A stretch of 64,000 bases of DNA from an uncultured bacterium (GTDB taxonomy: Bacteria > Bacteroidota > Ignavibacteria > Kapaibacteriales > UBA2268). Below are positions 10,101 through 21,466 of the stretch, one piece after another; within the stretch, counting starts at the first letter, position 1; each line of letters starts with the position of its first letter. The position numbers and the translations under genes were made by a program. The stretch spans positions 2,341,703-2,405,702 of the forward strand of contig CALNXW010000016.1 of the NCBI GenBank assembly GCA_942490685.1. The letters run 5' to 3'. The notes beneath the pieces are model-generated. The model saw nothing but the letters and a program-made list of their open reading frames with translations. It did not search any database and was not told the origin of the DNA.

Positions 10101-12092
10101 CTATAAAGGTAATGTAAAATAGAACTGAGAGCCTTTGCCTTCTTGGCTTTCTACCCAAATATTACCACCATGTTTATCTACAAATTCTTTGCATAAGATA
10201 AGCCCCAGGCCTGTCCCCTTTTCATCGTTTGTGCCCGGCATGGATACCGATGAAGCCAATTTGAAAAGCTTACTTCTTACTTCCTCATTCATCCCAACTC
10301 CTGTATCAGCAATGCAAATTTGCACATAGTTTTTGTTTGCCTCAGATATTTCTTTAGAACTTATTACAATTTCACCGCCTTCTTCCGTGAATTTGATAGA
10401 ATTGGATATCAAATTTCTAAAAATGGTAGTAAGCATATTTATATCAGCATTTAAAGATATCTTAGAATCAAGATTATTTCTTATTTCTATATTTTTAGCA
10501 TTAGCTGCCAAGGATAAAGTATTTTTTACATTATTACACAAAAAGTCCAGGTTTACTTCTGTAGGATTAAAAGATATTTCACCTTTTTGAGAGCGCGACC
10601 ATTGCAGAAGATTCTCGATTAGGTTGACTAAGTTTTTGGAACTATTCCTCATTAATTCCAGATATTCTTTTTTATCAGCATCACTAAACTTATCAAAATC
10701 TGTATATAGCGAATCTGTCAGCATATTAAAACTGCCAATAGGGCTTTTTAGGTCATGCGCAATAATAGAAAAGAATTTATCTTTAAGCGAGTTAGATTTT
10801 TTAAGCTCAGTTTCTGACTCTTTTAATCTCTTAATGGCTAAAGTCCTTTCAGTGTTATCATGTGAAACAAGCAAAGCTCGGTTATTACTAATTTTGGAGA
10901 CACGTGCTTGGAACCACAGAAGCTTTTCGTTGATTTCTAAAGGATAATCAAAAGTCTGCACTTCACCAGTAGTAACTGCATCTCTAATGTTTTTGACGAC
11001 TAGGTCAGCTAACTCAATATTCAAAATATCATGAGCATATTTACCAATTAGCTCTTTCCTTGGCAAAATCAATAGAGATTCATTAGTAGGAGCAACATTA
11101 AGGTATTTTCCTTCCTCATTATATTCAATAATGATGTCATGCATAGCACCAAAAATAGCCTGCAGCTGTCTTTCATTTTCTTTAGCTTTAAGATATGTTT
11201 TAATAAGCAAACCGATTAGAGAAGAAATAAAAAGAGCACTTATGTATAGAAAGATAATAAGCGATTTATCAATCAGAGCAACCATATTCCATCCATTTTT
11301 AGGTACTGCGGCTATCAGCCAGCTACCGGTTGGCAAAGCCATTTCAATGATAACAGGATTTTGGTTAAAAAGTGTGGAATCACCCCAGAATACTTCCCCA
11401 TTGGCTCCGAGTCCATCCTTTCCCTTTATTGCATATCTAATCTCGCCTTCAGTGTCATAAAGTTTTGCTTCTTTTAGAAGATTATCTCTTCTGACTACTA
11501 TATCGGTAATTCCCCAGAAAGATCCCTCGTTTTTTCCGCTTTTGTAAAAAATCGGAGTATAGCTGACAAATGCTATTCCTCCTTCTACAAGCTCTACAGG
11601 TCCTGCAACAAATGTATTATGAGTCTCAATGGTTTTCTCAACGATTTCTCTTCTACCCGGGTGTGCCAGCAAATTAAGTCCAACTGCTTTTTCATGCCCT
11701 TTAAATGGATAGATAGAATTAATGATGCCGTTTTTTGCGATAGACATTGTGTTTATTGTCGAGTCCTTTTGAATTAGCTCTTTGGCAAGATCCTGAAAGA
11801 CCTGATGATTGATTTCTGGATTTAAAGAAATATAAGCCGCAACACCCTTGGTATAGTATATTCTGGAATAGAGAGCTTTCTCCAATAGAGATTTCTTGAA
11901 GCTGAGCATTTCATATACTTTCTCTCTTTCACTTTTCTTTATTTTACTCTGAGCGTATTCAGAGTATTCCATGATAGCCCATACGGAAGACAGTAAAATA
12001 GCAAATGCTATTAAGACTGGCATATAATTAGATAATTTCTTCTTCAACTTAGCCACAATTTCTTTTTCTAATATCAAAAAAAACAATAACAC
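10101..12092 (-). CDS. Sensor histidine kinase with extracytoplasmic sensor domain (orphan; no adjacent response regulator)
   Basis: An N-terminal TM segment is followed by a ~230-aa periplasmic region and a second TM. The PAS-like segment is followed by an H-box (IIAHDLKSPIG). HATPase_c N/G boxes are present (IVISSKEIS...GVGMNEE...GTGLGL). Confidence 0.8.
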   Translation of the reverse strand: MLLFFLILEKEIVAKLKKKLSNYMPVLIAFAILLSSVWAIMEYSEYAQSKIKKSEREKVYEMLSFKKSLLEKALYSRIYYTKGVAAYISLNPEINHQVFQDLAKELIQKDSTINTMSIAKNGIINSIYPFKGHEKAVGLNLLAHPGRREIVEKTIETHNTFVAGPVELVEGGIAFVSYTPIFYKSGKNEGSFWGITDIVVRRDNLLKEAKLYDTEGEIRYAIKGKDGLGANGEVFWGDSTLFNQNPVIIEMALPTGSWLIAAVPKNGWNMVALIDKSLIIFLYISALFISSLIGLLIKTYLKAKENERQLQAIFGAMHDIIIEYNEEGKYLNVAPTNESLLILPRKELIGKYAHDILNIELADLVVKNIRDAVTTGEVQTFDYPLEINEKLLWFQARVSKISNNRALLVSHDNTERTLAIKRLKESETELKKSNSLKDKFFSIIAHDLKSPIGSFNMLTDSLYTDFDKFSDADKKEYLELMRNSSKNLVNLIENLLQWSRSQKGEISFNPTEVNLDFLCNNVKNTLSLAANAKNIEIRNNLDSKISLNADINMLTTIFRNLISNSIKFTEEGGEIVISSKEISEANKNYVQICIADTGVGMNEEVRSKLFKLASSVSMPGTNDEKGTGLGLILCKEFVDKHGGNIWVESQEGKGSQFYFTLPL

Positions 12093-12157
12093 AATTTACA
12101 TTCTTTGACTTAAATATGTATCTTATATTTTAATCTCGTTGAACAGAGAAGCATCTG

Positions 12158-13441
12158 TCAAAAGCTTATTTGCTTTGTTTTCATAGATTTAAGCATTACA
12201 TATATTGACAATATAAGTAAGAATATTCCTACTGCAAACACGCCCGTGTAATCAAGATATTCTAATAGCCAAATACCAAATAGTGGACCAAATATTGCTC
12301 TAAAGCCAACCATTGATAGATGTATTGACTGATACTCTGCTGCATCTTCATTTTTGCAAAAATATGCTGAACCAATATTCCATAAAAGAGGCATTGTGCC
12401 CGCAAAAAGACCATTGAAAGTAAAAGATACTATCAATAGCCAGTAGAAAGTATATGCACCCCATTGAACGTTATATGGCATATATTCAGTTAGAGCCATA
12501 AAAAGTAAGTGCAATGCAAGAGTTGCAAAAGTGAATGCTCCAAATTTTCTGGGATCAATTTTATCAATGAGTTTCCCAAAAAACGGAAGGGAGACAATCG
12601 CTATTAGATTATAAGAATTTTTATAAAAAGCCAGGCTTTTATAACTTAGATCAAGCTCTTTTGCTAAAAACAGAGATATAACAGCCACGGTCATCATAAA
12701 AGACAATCCATAGAGCATAAAACCAAGCTCAAAATCTCTGTAAGGTTTATTTTTTTTGATTATGTTCAGAAGATTAGGAAAAGAAGCTTTTACAGAATCT
12801 AAAACAGACCTTTGTTTATCATGCCCCGCCATATAGTCTTTTTTAACAGCAGAAGAGAGAAGGAATACAGAAACTATACCAACAACCGCAATAAAAGGAT
12901 AGACATAAGTAAAGGCAAAATTATCAATTTCCAGAAGCTCCCCAAAAGTGAAGGTCGCAATAAGCATTATCACTTTATTTGCACTTGTTGCATAGCTGTA
13001 TAAAGTACCAAAATGCTCAGTTTTATAGTTATTCTTCAGTATACTGTTTATTATTGGATTTATTACCGGAAGAGCCAGATAGTAGCAGAGGAACATGCTA
13101 AGAAGTGCAGCATGAAAGAATATCATTTGATCTGGAGGAAGAAGCTCATTTGGGAAAAAAGCAGCACCTAGTAAAGGCAATCTGGTCAAAAGAGCTACTA
13201 TCCTTAGTATGTTTTTCTTTTTATACTTCTTGATGATCTCATGAATAAAAACGGAAAACACAAATACTATCATGCTAAACTGAAACAGCACTGCCAGTAA
13301 GAACTCAGAACCGTTCAAACTTTTAATAAATACGAATTCGTTTAAAACAACTACACCCAGCACTATGCCTTCTATTACAGAATAGATGAAATGAAGGATA
13401 AATATCTTTCTCTCATCTTTGCCCAGCTCTCTTAGTTTCAA
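12158..13441 (-). CDS. MFS-type transporter
   Basis: Multi-TM protein with the MFS pattern. The ORF track extends it to 13561, but that extension overlaps the tRNA at 13535-13607. The real start must lie downstream, possibly the TTG at ~13441 (LKLRELG...). Start uncertain. Confidence 0.55.
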   Translation of the reverse strand: MKLRELGKDERKIFILHFIYSVIEGIVLGVVVLNEFVFIKSLNGSEFLLAVLFQFSMIVFVFSVFIHEIIKKYKKKNILRIVALLTRLPLLGAAFFPNELLPPDQMIFFHAALLSMFLCYYLALPVINPIINSILKNNYKTEHFGTLYSYATSANKVIMLIATFTFGELLEIDNFAFTYVYPFIAVVGIVSVFLLSSAVKKDYMAGHDKQRSVLDSVKASFPNLLNIIKKNKPYRDFELGFMLYGLSFMMTVAVISLFLAKELDLSYKSLAFYKNSYNLIAIVSLPFFGKLIDKIDPRKFGAFTFATLALHLLFMALTEYMPYNVQWGAYTFYWLLIVSFTFNGLFAGTMPLLWNIGSAYFCKNEDAAEYQSIHLSMVGFRAIFGPLFGIWLLEYLDYTGVFAVGIFLLILSIYVMLKSMKTKQISF

Positions 13442-13534
13442 AATATTCTTCCCGTTTAATAGTAAATAGTATTTAAAATTGAACACATACAACGAAAAAA
13501 AGCAACTTCTTATTTTGAAGTTGCCTTTATTTTG

Positions 13535-13607
<73 letters not shown>

Positions 13608-13727
13608 GTGATTATGTGATACAAATATAGGTAAAATTTAGACAAAATAAAAATCTTTCTCGATAATTTCTTTTTTTTACTTTTTACTATATTACCGGAT
13701 ATTGAATATTATAATCTGAGAAATACA

Positions 13728-16700
13728 ATGGAATTTACCAGAGAGCAAAAATTAGCATTTACAGCTGACAGACACTTAGTAATAAGTGCAAACGCAGGAT
13801 CGGGTAAAACCAGAATTCTGGTGGAGAGATTTTTGCAGATTTTAGAGCATGAATCCACTCTCAATGATAACCCTGAAAATATTATTGCAATCACTTTTAC
13901 TAAAAAGGCTGCATCGGAAATGTTTGCCAGAATTATTAGCTCTTTAGGTAAAATGATTAAAGAAGAAAAAGATTCTGAGAAGCGATATAAATTCAGGCGA
14001 ATAAGATCTCGCATTTTCCAGGCTAAAGTATCTACAATACACAGCTTTTGCTGCAGTTTGCTCAGAGACTATGCTGTTGAAGCTGACATTTCTCCAAATT
14101 TTCAGGAGCTTAGCGAAACAGACAAATTTCTACTCTATAGAGACGCAAAACTAAATGCTATCGAAGATATAATAACAGAACAAAATAATGATTTGAGTTT
14201 AGAGTTTAAGGAACTTCTAAGCAGAAATAAGATGTATCTCATCGAATCAATTATCGATACTATCTTAGCTAACAGATATGAATATATGCAGATGAAAGAA
14301 CTCTTCGATGAAGAGAGTCACAACCCTTTCGAAGCTAAAGAAAACAATCAAATTATTAAATCTGTTTTTGATAGATATAGAAAAGGGATTCTTCTCATTC
14401 TGAATGCGCTGAAAAATATTAGCATAGAAGATCTTACTGCAAAAGAGGGCAAGGACTTGCCTATAATCCAATCTTCTGTCTTGCCAAAGGCTGAAACAGA
14501 AATAAACAATTACGATGACAACCCTATAGAAGCTCTTAGAAACTGTCTTGAATCTATGGCATTGGACAAAAAAATTGGGAGATCTCTCTGGTACAAACTA
14601 GTCACTAAGAAAACGAGCTACTCTGCCAAAGAAGAAGAACAAATAGAAGCTACTATAAAATTGATAGAAAAAGACATTAAAGCTTTCAATAATACCTCAG
14701 CAAATGAAAACTTCCCTCATTTACAAAAGGCTGTATACCATTTTATTGACCATCTTTTATATATCGCTGATAAAGAAAAGGAAGAAAGAGGACTTTTAGA
14801 TTTTGATGATTTAATATTGCGCGCAAAGTCCTTACTTAGTGATCCAAATATCAGAGATATGGTTATGGCAAAGGTGGATCATATAATGGTAGATGAGTTC
14901 CAGGATACAAACCAATTGCAATATGACATCCTACAGGATTTAATTCCCGAACTAAAGCAATATGCTCCCGAAACAAATACTAAGGCGAACTTATTTATTG
15001 TCGGCGATGGGAAGCAGAGTATCTATGCATTCAGAAACGCTGATGTCAGAGTATTTAATGCAGCATCAGCAAGAATAGCAGAACTTAACAGTAAAAAGAT
15101 GGCAGCTGGCAAGCTTATTACTAATATGGTCAACTTCCAAGGGGAGCACCTTGACTATATCGATAATGAAAACAACGGAATGCTCTCTCTAAACGCATCA
15201 TTCAGACTCTCCCCTGTTGTAGCTGCATTTGTAAATAAAATTTGCGGCAGTATCATGGATACATCTGTCTCAGAGTTTGAAGTAGCTTATGAAGACCTGG
15301 TTTTTGCTAAAAACAGTTCTGCCATTAAAAAAGAGATATCAGACAGATTCCCACACTACCTCTTTGATTCACCAAATCAAATTTTTGAAGCCGATGATTC
15401 GAGACACGGATCTGTTGCATTTGTAATTCATAAGGAAGAGAAAGAAGACGAAATTGAAGAAGAAACTGAATCTGCTGATAAACTTGAGGCAACAAAGCTA
15501 ATCAGGTATATCAAATCTAAAATTAAAGGTAAAGAGCCATATCAAGTATTTGAAAATGACACCTTTAGAAATGCTGATTATAAAGATGTAGGTATACTAA
15601 TTCGCTCCAGAAGTAAATTAAGCGAGCTAATGAATGCATGTATAGAAGAAAAAGTACCATTTGTACTTCATGCAGGCTCAGGGCTATATCAATTGCAGGA
15701 AGTGCAGGACATGATTGCACTACTAAAATTTTTGTATAATCCTAATGATGACATTGCATGCATAGGTGTTTTGCGTTCCCCATTTTTTGCCCTGTCTGAC
15801 AAAGAATTATATAATATCTATCAAGCAGAAAAACATGACACTTTCTGGAATAAGGCCATACGTTATTCAACAAATAAAGAAGCTACCAAAACTTTTACAG
15901 AAGCATTCCAATACCTTCGGAAAATACTTTCTGTCAGCGGCAGACTCTCTCCTACTGAATTAATAAGCAAACTCATCTATGATAGAGCGTATTTCGAAAA
16001 AATATCCGAAGATAAAGCTATAGATCAGATTAAAGCTTCAATAGAAAAATTTGTTTCTCATATCCGAGGATTTGAAGAAAAAGGCTTTGCAGATATTTAT
16101 GATCTTATGCAAGAACTGAATCTTCTGCTTGAAATCAGCAGTGACGGAGAAGCTTCTGTATCTTCTGAAAATGCTATAAACATAATGACATTCCATGCTT
16201 CTAAAGGACTTGAATTCCCTATTGTTGCTCTTTATGGCACAAACAACAAAACCGGAAGACCAAGCAGCGTTTACTTTACTAAAAACTTTGGTGTAGCTTT
16301 CAAAGATAAAAGAGTCAATGAAGCTACAGGGCTGCTGGAACCAGTAGATAATATTTACACTCTGATCAGCAGAGAACTGAAAAATCAAGCTGAAGATGCT
16401 GAAGATAAAAGACTCTTATACGTGGCTTTGACCAGAGCTAAAGATCATCTGATCATATCTGCAAATATTTCTCATACCAGCAAAAAAGTAGTTACCCTTC
16501 AATCTTTTGCTAAAAATATTTTTGATGTTCTTCTTAGTGAAAATACACAGGATTATTCAGGTAATTCTCTCTATAAAACATTCTACGAAAGTGAGCTTTC
16601 TCAAGCGAATATAACAAAACAAGAGCTTTCATTTTTGGAAAATAATGAGCTCAATAATATGTTGATTGCATATCATATTCCATTTATTTACGAAGTTGAG

Positions 16701-17513
16701 GCAACAGAAAGTAGTTTTGATATAGAATCTGACATAAATGAGGGCGAACAAGAGGAGTCTGCATTTATTCCTGCCAGATACCATAATGAAGTTTTCTCTG
16801 CTTCTAAGATAATGACTTATAAAACTGACGCATCAGATTATGAGATGAAATATCTTGTTGGACTCAGTCCAAAAGAGAAATATTTCAATCCTAATAATGA
16901 TAAAGAAAATGACGAGCTAAGCGGCAATGTCTTAGGTATCTATATTCATGAAGCTATGGCAAAACTAAACAGCTGGTGGCAAGAAAAACAAGTAATAAGA
17001 GAAGAATTGGAAAAGATTATAAGTGTACTTCTCAAAAGACAAAAAAGCTTTAGCGAAGAAAATTTAAAACAAGTAGCAGATCTTTGCGTAAACATTGTGT
17101 CTACAGATTATATTCAGGAGCACAGCGCTCAACTTGAAGAAGCAAAGTTTGAATTAGAGTTAAATATTCCAATTGAAATTCATTACTTAACAGGAAGCAT
17201 AGACTGCCTTATAAAGGACGAAAACAATAATCTTATAATATGGGACTGGAAGACTAACAAAATTGCTGAATATAGCAATATAGAGAGTCTTGCTTCTCAT
17301 TATAAACATCAAATGTCAATTTATGCTTATTTAGTTTATTTGATCAATAAAAATCAGGAAACATATACAGCAAAACTACTCTTTACAGATTATGTTTCCA
17401 GAAGTGAAAACAACAACTGGATATACTCATTTGAATGGACTAAAGAAGAAATCATCGAAGTTGGCAAAGATATGTTTAACACCATTGTGGAGCTAAGCAA
17501 TAAATATTACTAA
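13728..17513 (+). CDS. UvrD/PcrA-family ATP-dependent helicase with C-terminal PD-(D/E)XK (RecB-like) nuclease domain (AddA-like)
   Basis: Walker A at ANAGSGKTRIL. Helicase motifs at VDEFQDTN and TFHASKGLEFPIV...VALTRAK. C-terminal IDCLIKDE...IWDWKTNK matches a RecB-family nuclease motif. No addB-like partner is adjacent. Confidence 0.8.
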   Translation: MEFTREQKLAFTADRHLVISANAGSGKTRILVERFLQILEHESTLNDNPENIIAITFTKKAASEMFARIISSLGKMIKEEKDSEKRYKFRRIRSRIFQAKVSTIHSFCCSLLRDYAVEADISPNFQELSETDKFLLYRDAKLNAIEDIITEQNNDLSLEFKELLSRNKMYLIESIIDTILANRYEYMQMKELFDEESHNPFEAKENNQIIKSVFDRYRKGILLILNALKNISIEDLTAKEGKDLPIIQSSVLPKAETEINNYDDNPIEALRNCLESMALDKKIGRSLWYKLVTKKTSYSAKEEEQIEATIKLIEKDIKAFNNTSANENFPHLQKAVYHFIDHLLYIADKEKEERGLLDFDDLILRAKSLLSDPNIRDMVMAKVDHIMVDEFQDTNQLQYDILQDLIPELKQYAPETNTKANLFIVGDGKQSIYAFRNADVRVFNAASARIAELNSKKMAAGKLITNMVNFQGEHLDYIDNENNGMLSLNASFRLSPVVAAFVNKICGSIMDTSVSEFEVAYEDLVFAKNSSAIKKEISDRFPHYLFDSPNQIFEADDSRHGSVAFVIHKEEKEDEIEEETESADKLEATKLIRYIKSKIKGKEPYQVFENDTFRNADYKDVGILIRSRSKLSELMNACIEEKVPFVLHAGSGLYQLQEVQDMIALLKFLYNPNDDIACIGVLRSPFFALSDKELYNIYQAEKHDTFWNKAIRYSTNKEATKTFTEAFQYLRKILSVSGRLSPTELISKLIYDRAYFEKISEDKAIDQIKASIEKFVSHIRGFEEKGFADIYDLMQELNLLLEISSDGEASVSSENAINIMTFHASKGLEFPIVALYGTNNKTGRPSSVYFTKNFGVAFKDKRVNEATGLLEPVDNIYTLISRELKNQAEDAEDKRLLYVALTRAKDHLIISANISHTSKKVVTLQSFAKNIFDVLLSENTQDYSGNSLYKTFYESELSQANITKQELSFLENNELNNMLIAYHIPFIYEVEATESSFDIESDINEGEQEESAFIPARYHNEVFSASKIMTYKTDASDYEMKYLVGLSPKEKYFNPNNDKENDELSGNVLGIYIHEAMAKLNSWWQEKQVIREELEKIISVLLKRQKSFSEENLKQVADLCVNIVSTDYIQEHSAQLEEAKFELELNIPIEIHYLTGSIDCLIKDENNNLIIWDWKTNKIAEYSNIESLASHYKHQMSIYAYLVYLINKNQETYTAKLLFTDYVSRSENNNWIYSFEWTKEEIIEVGKDMFNTIVELSNKYY

Positions 17514-17643
17514 GCTACAGCATTCAAAAATAATTCAAAGCAAACTGATGTTCTTGAATAGATAATCCTAAAATATGTTTTATTTTTTAATGCAAATGAG
17601 CAAAATTATTCTTATTTTTAATATTATTAAATAGATAAAATAT

Positions 17644-20600
17644 TTGAAAGAGGTACAAATGCGCAGATTACTTTTGTTTATTATTTTAGGTTTCTCATTT
17701 CCAATGCTAACAGCTAAATCAGATGAAGCCTTGGCTAGAAAATATTTTTTAGAAAATGACTTAAAGAATGCCTATAAAGAATATAAAAAACTAGAAAGCA
17801 AATCTATAGAAGCTTTCACTGCCATAAATGAAATCTCGGAATATCAGGCAATTTTAAACAACAATCTATCTGAGTTGGAAGAAATATATGAACAATTAGA
17901 TGATCCATCACCATTTTTATATTTTCTTGTCAATTCTCATATCTTCAGAGCTGATCACAGATATCCGCTAGAAGATAAAATAGAATTCTTTGAAGGATGC
18001 CTTGAAAACAAAAATTTGCATCCGCAGCTTGTAGCTCTAATCAAAGAATCACTTAGTGATTTTTACTTACGGGTTAACGACTTTGACAAAAGTTTAAAAA
18101 TTAAACAAGACTTGGGAACTGTTGATCACTGGAGCCTCATCGGGCCTTTTGAAAACATTTCAGGATCAGGTTTTGATAAGCAACATGGTCCATTAGCTAA
18201 CCCTCAAAATGATTCAAAGTTTGTTGCCAAAAACAATATAGAAATTACCTGGTTTGATTATCATGAAACTTTCCCAGGAAATTGGATTGATATCGCTGAA
18301 AATATTTACATAGGCGGAGCTCTTTGCTATGCACAGAGTTTTGTTTATAGCGATAAAGATCAGGAAGTTGTGCTTGGATTCGGCTTTTCCGGTTCTGCAA
18401 AATTATGGCTGAACGACCATCTTCTCTTTAAAGAAAAAAGAGAAATCAATAATGGTATGGATAACTATTTATTGACCGCTAAACTGCATAAAGGCTATAA
18501 TAGAGTATTGGTGCAGCTTGGAACTGCAGAAAATCATTTATCCAACTTTTTGCTTCGTTTCTTAGATAAAGATTTAAAGCCATTACCTAAATTTGAATCA
18601 AAATCACAATATCAAGATTATAAAAAGTCAGACAATTATAAGTCCGAAAGAATACCAAACTTTGCTATTGAATATTATGATAAGAACTTCAAAGGAAAAG
18701 ACTCTGAGCTGATAATGTTTTCTCTTTTGTCTAATTATATGTTCTTCAATGGCCAATTACTTGAACATAGAATTCGCTTAGAAGACTTACTTGAAAAGTA
18801 TCCTGATAACTATAGCCTCTTATCATGGGAAAGCCGAAATTTATCCAGCAATCCTGATTTGGAAAGCAGTTATCTAATGAAAAAAGAATACTTACAAGAC
18901 GATAAGTTTCAAACAGTACTATCTGAAATTGGCAGACTCGAAGATGTTCTCAAAAAAGAAGATTGGGACAGAGCTTTGGAAGTATTGGATTCTTTATCAG
19001 CTGAGGGAGCTTCTGATTATTACCTCTATAACTTAAGGGCTTCCATTCTAAACAGTAATAAAGAATATGCCAAATACAATGAGCTGATTTTAGATATGCA
19101 TGATAAATACCCAACTGACCTTACTTTGACTAAAAAAGCTCAGTCAATTTATCAATACGATAAGAAGATGTTAGAAGAAGCATATGAGCTGTATGAAGAT
19201 TATTTGGATGACTATTATGTAGAATCTATGACATATTCTTTGGCTCAGCATTATTGGAAAACAGACAGAAGAGATGATGCAGAAAAGCTTTTTAACAAAA
19301 TGCTGAAATATTCAGATCGTGCTATAAATGTACTTAACCAAATTGCAGGTTTCTACAACCAGCAAGCTCTCTATGATACTGCATTAGAATATTATTATGA
19401 AATATATCGTCGCAACCCGCTTGATGCAGGTGTTTGTTCTGACATTGCAGAGTGTTACAGAGAAAAAGATGTAAAAGACAGTGCTATCAAATTTTATGAA
19501 CTATCAGTAAAGTATTACCCTGGTAATTTTGACGATAGAACATCACTTAGAAAACTAAGGGGTGAAGAAGATATCTTTGATAAATTTACAGAACCCGATA
19601 TAGATTTAATTGTTAAAAATTCGAAAGGTGCAGAAGAGTACCCTGATGAAAACGCAATTTTCCTTTTAATAGAGAACCATAACGTTTTATACAAAAGCGG
19701 CGCTCAGGAACAAATTCGTTACTTAGTAGCAAAGCCTCTGACTCAGACCGGTGTTGATATGCTAAAAGAAAGTAACTTTGGCTATGGTACAGACATTTTG
19801 AAAGCAGAAGTTAGAAAACAAGACGGAAGCATTGTTCAGGCTGACAATATGGTAGGTAATGTTGTATTCACTAAGCTTGAGCCAGGCGATGTAGTTTACT
19901 TGAAAACTAAATCAACAAGCTATATAGATGGATCTTTAGCGGGATATTATGTAACAAATACAATATTTAACTCAGTACTTCCATTAGAAACTTCTACAAC
20001 AAAATTGCTAAAAGAAGATGGAATTGATATAACATATAAAATGACAGGTTCTGATCTGAAACCTGAGATAGAAAAAATTGACAATATGACTATGTACACT
20101 TGGTCTTTATCCAAGCTTCCTAAGATCGAACCTGAAACTATGATGCCACCACTTAATGAAGTTTGCACTATGCTTCATATATCAAGCATAAAAGACTGGG
20201 ATTATGTTTCTAAATGGTATTATGATGTTTCTAACCCTAAAACGGAAGTAAGCTATGATGTGAAACAAAAAGTTGAAGAACTTTTTGATGGTAAAGAGAA
20301 TCTTAGCGCAAGAGAAAAAGTCAAAATTATTTATAAATACATTACTGAGGAAATTAGATACAGCTCTGTTCCTTTTAGACAAACTGGTCTTATCCCTCAG
20401 AATCCGACAAAAACAATAGACGCAAAAATTGGTGACTGCAAAGATGTTTCCGTACTTTTCGTGACTCTATGCAAAGCTGTAGGTTTGGATGCCGAAATAG
20501 TTCTAATTAGTAACCGTGAAAACGGAGAAAATTCTTTAGCGCTACCTTCTATAGGATTCGAACATGTTATAGGTAAAATCAAGCTTGATGATAAGACCTA

Positions 20601-21375
20601 CTTTGTAGAGCTAACTAGTGATGTTGTGCCTTTCGGAACATTTTACGGCTCTTCAAAAAAATCCTTTGGATTGGAAATCAACAACTATAAAAAGAATGAT
20701 TTGATAAGAGTAGATCCTGACTCAAGGCCTAAAAATGCAATTAGCAGATCAATTACTGCCAAAATTGAAAAATCCAACTTAATAATAGAAAGTCATTCTA
20801 CTAAAATAGGTGGTCCAGCAGCTTCTATGCGCGGACGCTACAGAGATTTGACGTCTGATTTTCAGAGAAAAACACTGACAAAAAGCATCAGTGAAGATTA
20901 TAGTTCAATAGAACTTCTGGATTTTAAATTTGAAAAGAATCTAAAAGATTTATCTGATTCTGTAAACTATTCTTACTCATATAAAGTCAAAAAGCCTTTC
21001 ACAGAAATTAAGAACATGAAGATCATGAAGTTCCCTTGGATTGATGTTTTAGTAGCTGGCGATGTGACGGCAAATGACGAGAGAAAATATCCAATTGCAC
21101 TATGGAAATATCTGAATACAGATGAGGAATTCAGCAGAGTAGAACTTGAAATACCTAAAGGTATGAAAGTTTCAGAGATTCCAGAATCAATCTCTCTAAA
21201 ATCTGATTTTGCAGATTATGAAGTATCTTACAAATTAGAAGGTAATAATCTTGTAGGTATCAGAAAAGTGGTATTCAAAAATGATGTAGTGCCTGCTGAG
21301 AAGTATGGTGAATTTAAAAAATTCTACGATCAAATGGTAGAAAGCGATAACCAGCAAATCGCATTAGAAAATTAA
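17644..21375 (+). CDS. Secreted TPR-repeat / transglutaminase-like cysteine protease family protein (DUF3857-type architecture)
   Basis: Signal peptide. Long TPR-like alpha-helical N-terminal half. Transglutaminase core Cys-His-Asp context (KIGDCKDVSVLFVTLCKAVG ... FEHVIG ... ELTSD). Confidence 0.65.
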   Translation: MKEVQMRRLLLFIILGFSFPMLTAKSDEALARKYFLENDLKNAYKEYKKLESKSIEAFTAINEISEYQAILNNNLSELEEIYEQLDDPSPFLYFLVNSHIFRADHRYPLEDKIEFFEGCLENKNLHPQLVALIKESLSDFYLRVNDFDKSLKIKQDLGTVDHWSLIGPFENISGSGFDKQHGPLANPQNDSKFVAKNNIEITWFDYHETFPGNWIDIAENIYIGGALCYAQSFVYSDKDQEVVLGFGFSGSAKLWLNDHLLFKEKREINNGMDNYLLTAKLHKGYNRVLVQLGTAENHLSNFLLRFLDKDLKPLPKFESKSQYQDYKKSDNYKSERIPNFAIEYYDKNFKGKDSELIMFSLLSNYMFFNGQLLEHRIRLEDLLEKYPDNYSLLSWESRNLSSNPDLESSYLMKKEYLQDDKFQTVLSEIGRLEDVLKKEDWDRALEVLDSLSAEGASDYYLYNLRASILNSNKEYAKYNELILDMHDKYPTDLTLTKKAQSIYQYDKKMLEEAYELYEDYLDDYYVESMTYSLAQHYWKTDRRDDAEKLFNKMLKYSDRAINVLNQIAGFYNQQALYDTALEYYYEIYRRNPLDAGVCSDIAECYREKDVKDSAIKFYELSVKYYPGNFDDRTSLRKLRGEEDIFDKFTEPDIDLIVKNSKGAEEYPDENAIFLLIENHNVLYKSGAQEQIRYLVAKPLTQTGVDMLKESNFGYGTDILKAEVRKQDGSIVQADNMVGNVVFTKLEPGDVVYLKTKSTSYIDGSLAGYYVTNTIFNSVLPLETSTTKLLKEDGIDITYKMTGSDLKPEIEKIDNMTMYTWSLSKLPKIEPETMMPPLNEVCTMLHISSIKDWDYVSKWYYDVSNPKTEVSYDVKQKVEELFDGKENLSAREKVKIIYKYITEEIRYSSVPFRQTGLIPQNPTKTIDAKIGDCKDVSVLFVTLCKAVGLDAEIVLISNRENGENSLALPSIGFEHVIGKIKLDDKTYFVELTSDVVPFGTFYGSSKKSFGLEINNYKKNDLIRVDPDSRPKNAISRSITAKIEKSNLIIESHSTKIGGPAASMRGRYRDLTSDFQRKTLTKSISEDYSSIELLDFKFEKNLKDLSDSVNYSYSYKVKKPFTEIKNMKIMKFPWIDVLVAGDVTANDERKYPIALWKYLNTDEEFSRVELEIPKGMKVSEIPESISLKSDFADYEVSYKLEGNNLVGIRKVVFKNDVVPAEKYGEFKKFYDQMVESDNQQIALEN

Positions 21376-21397
21376 TAGTATAGAAAGATCTATTACT

Positions 21398-21438
21398 GAA
21401 TGAGGCTGACTCTTCGCAGAGTCAGCCTCATTTTTTAT
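21398..21438. terminator. Bidirectional rho-independent terminator between convergent genes
   Basis: Perfect 14-bp stem GAATGAGGCTGACTC/GAGTCAGCCTCATT with a 6-nt loop, followed by TTTTT. Confidence 0.75.
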
Positions 21439-21466
21439 ATATTAGAGCCTTTTAATAAGGGAAGTA

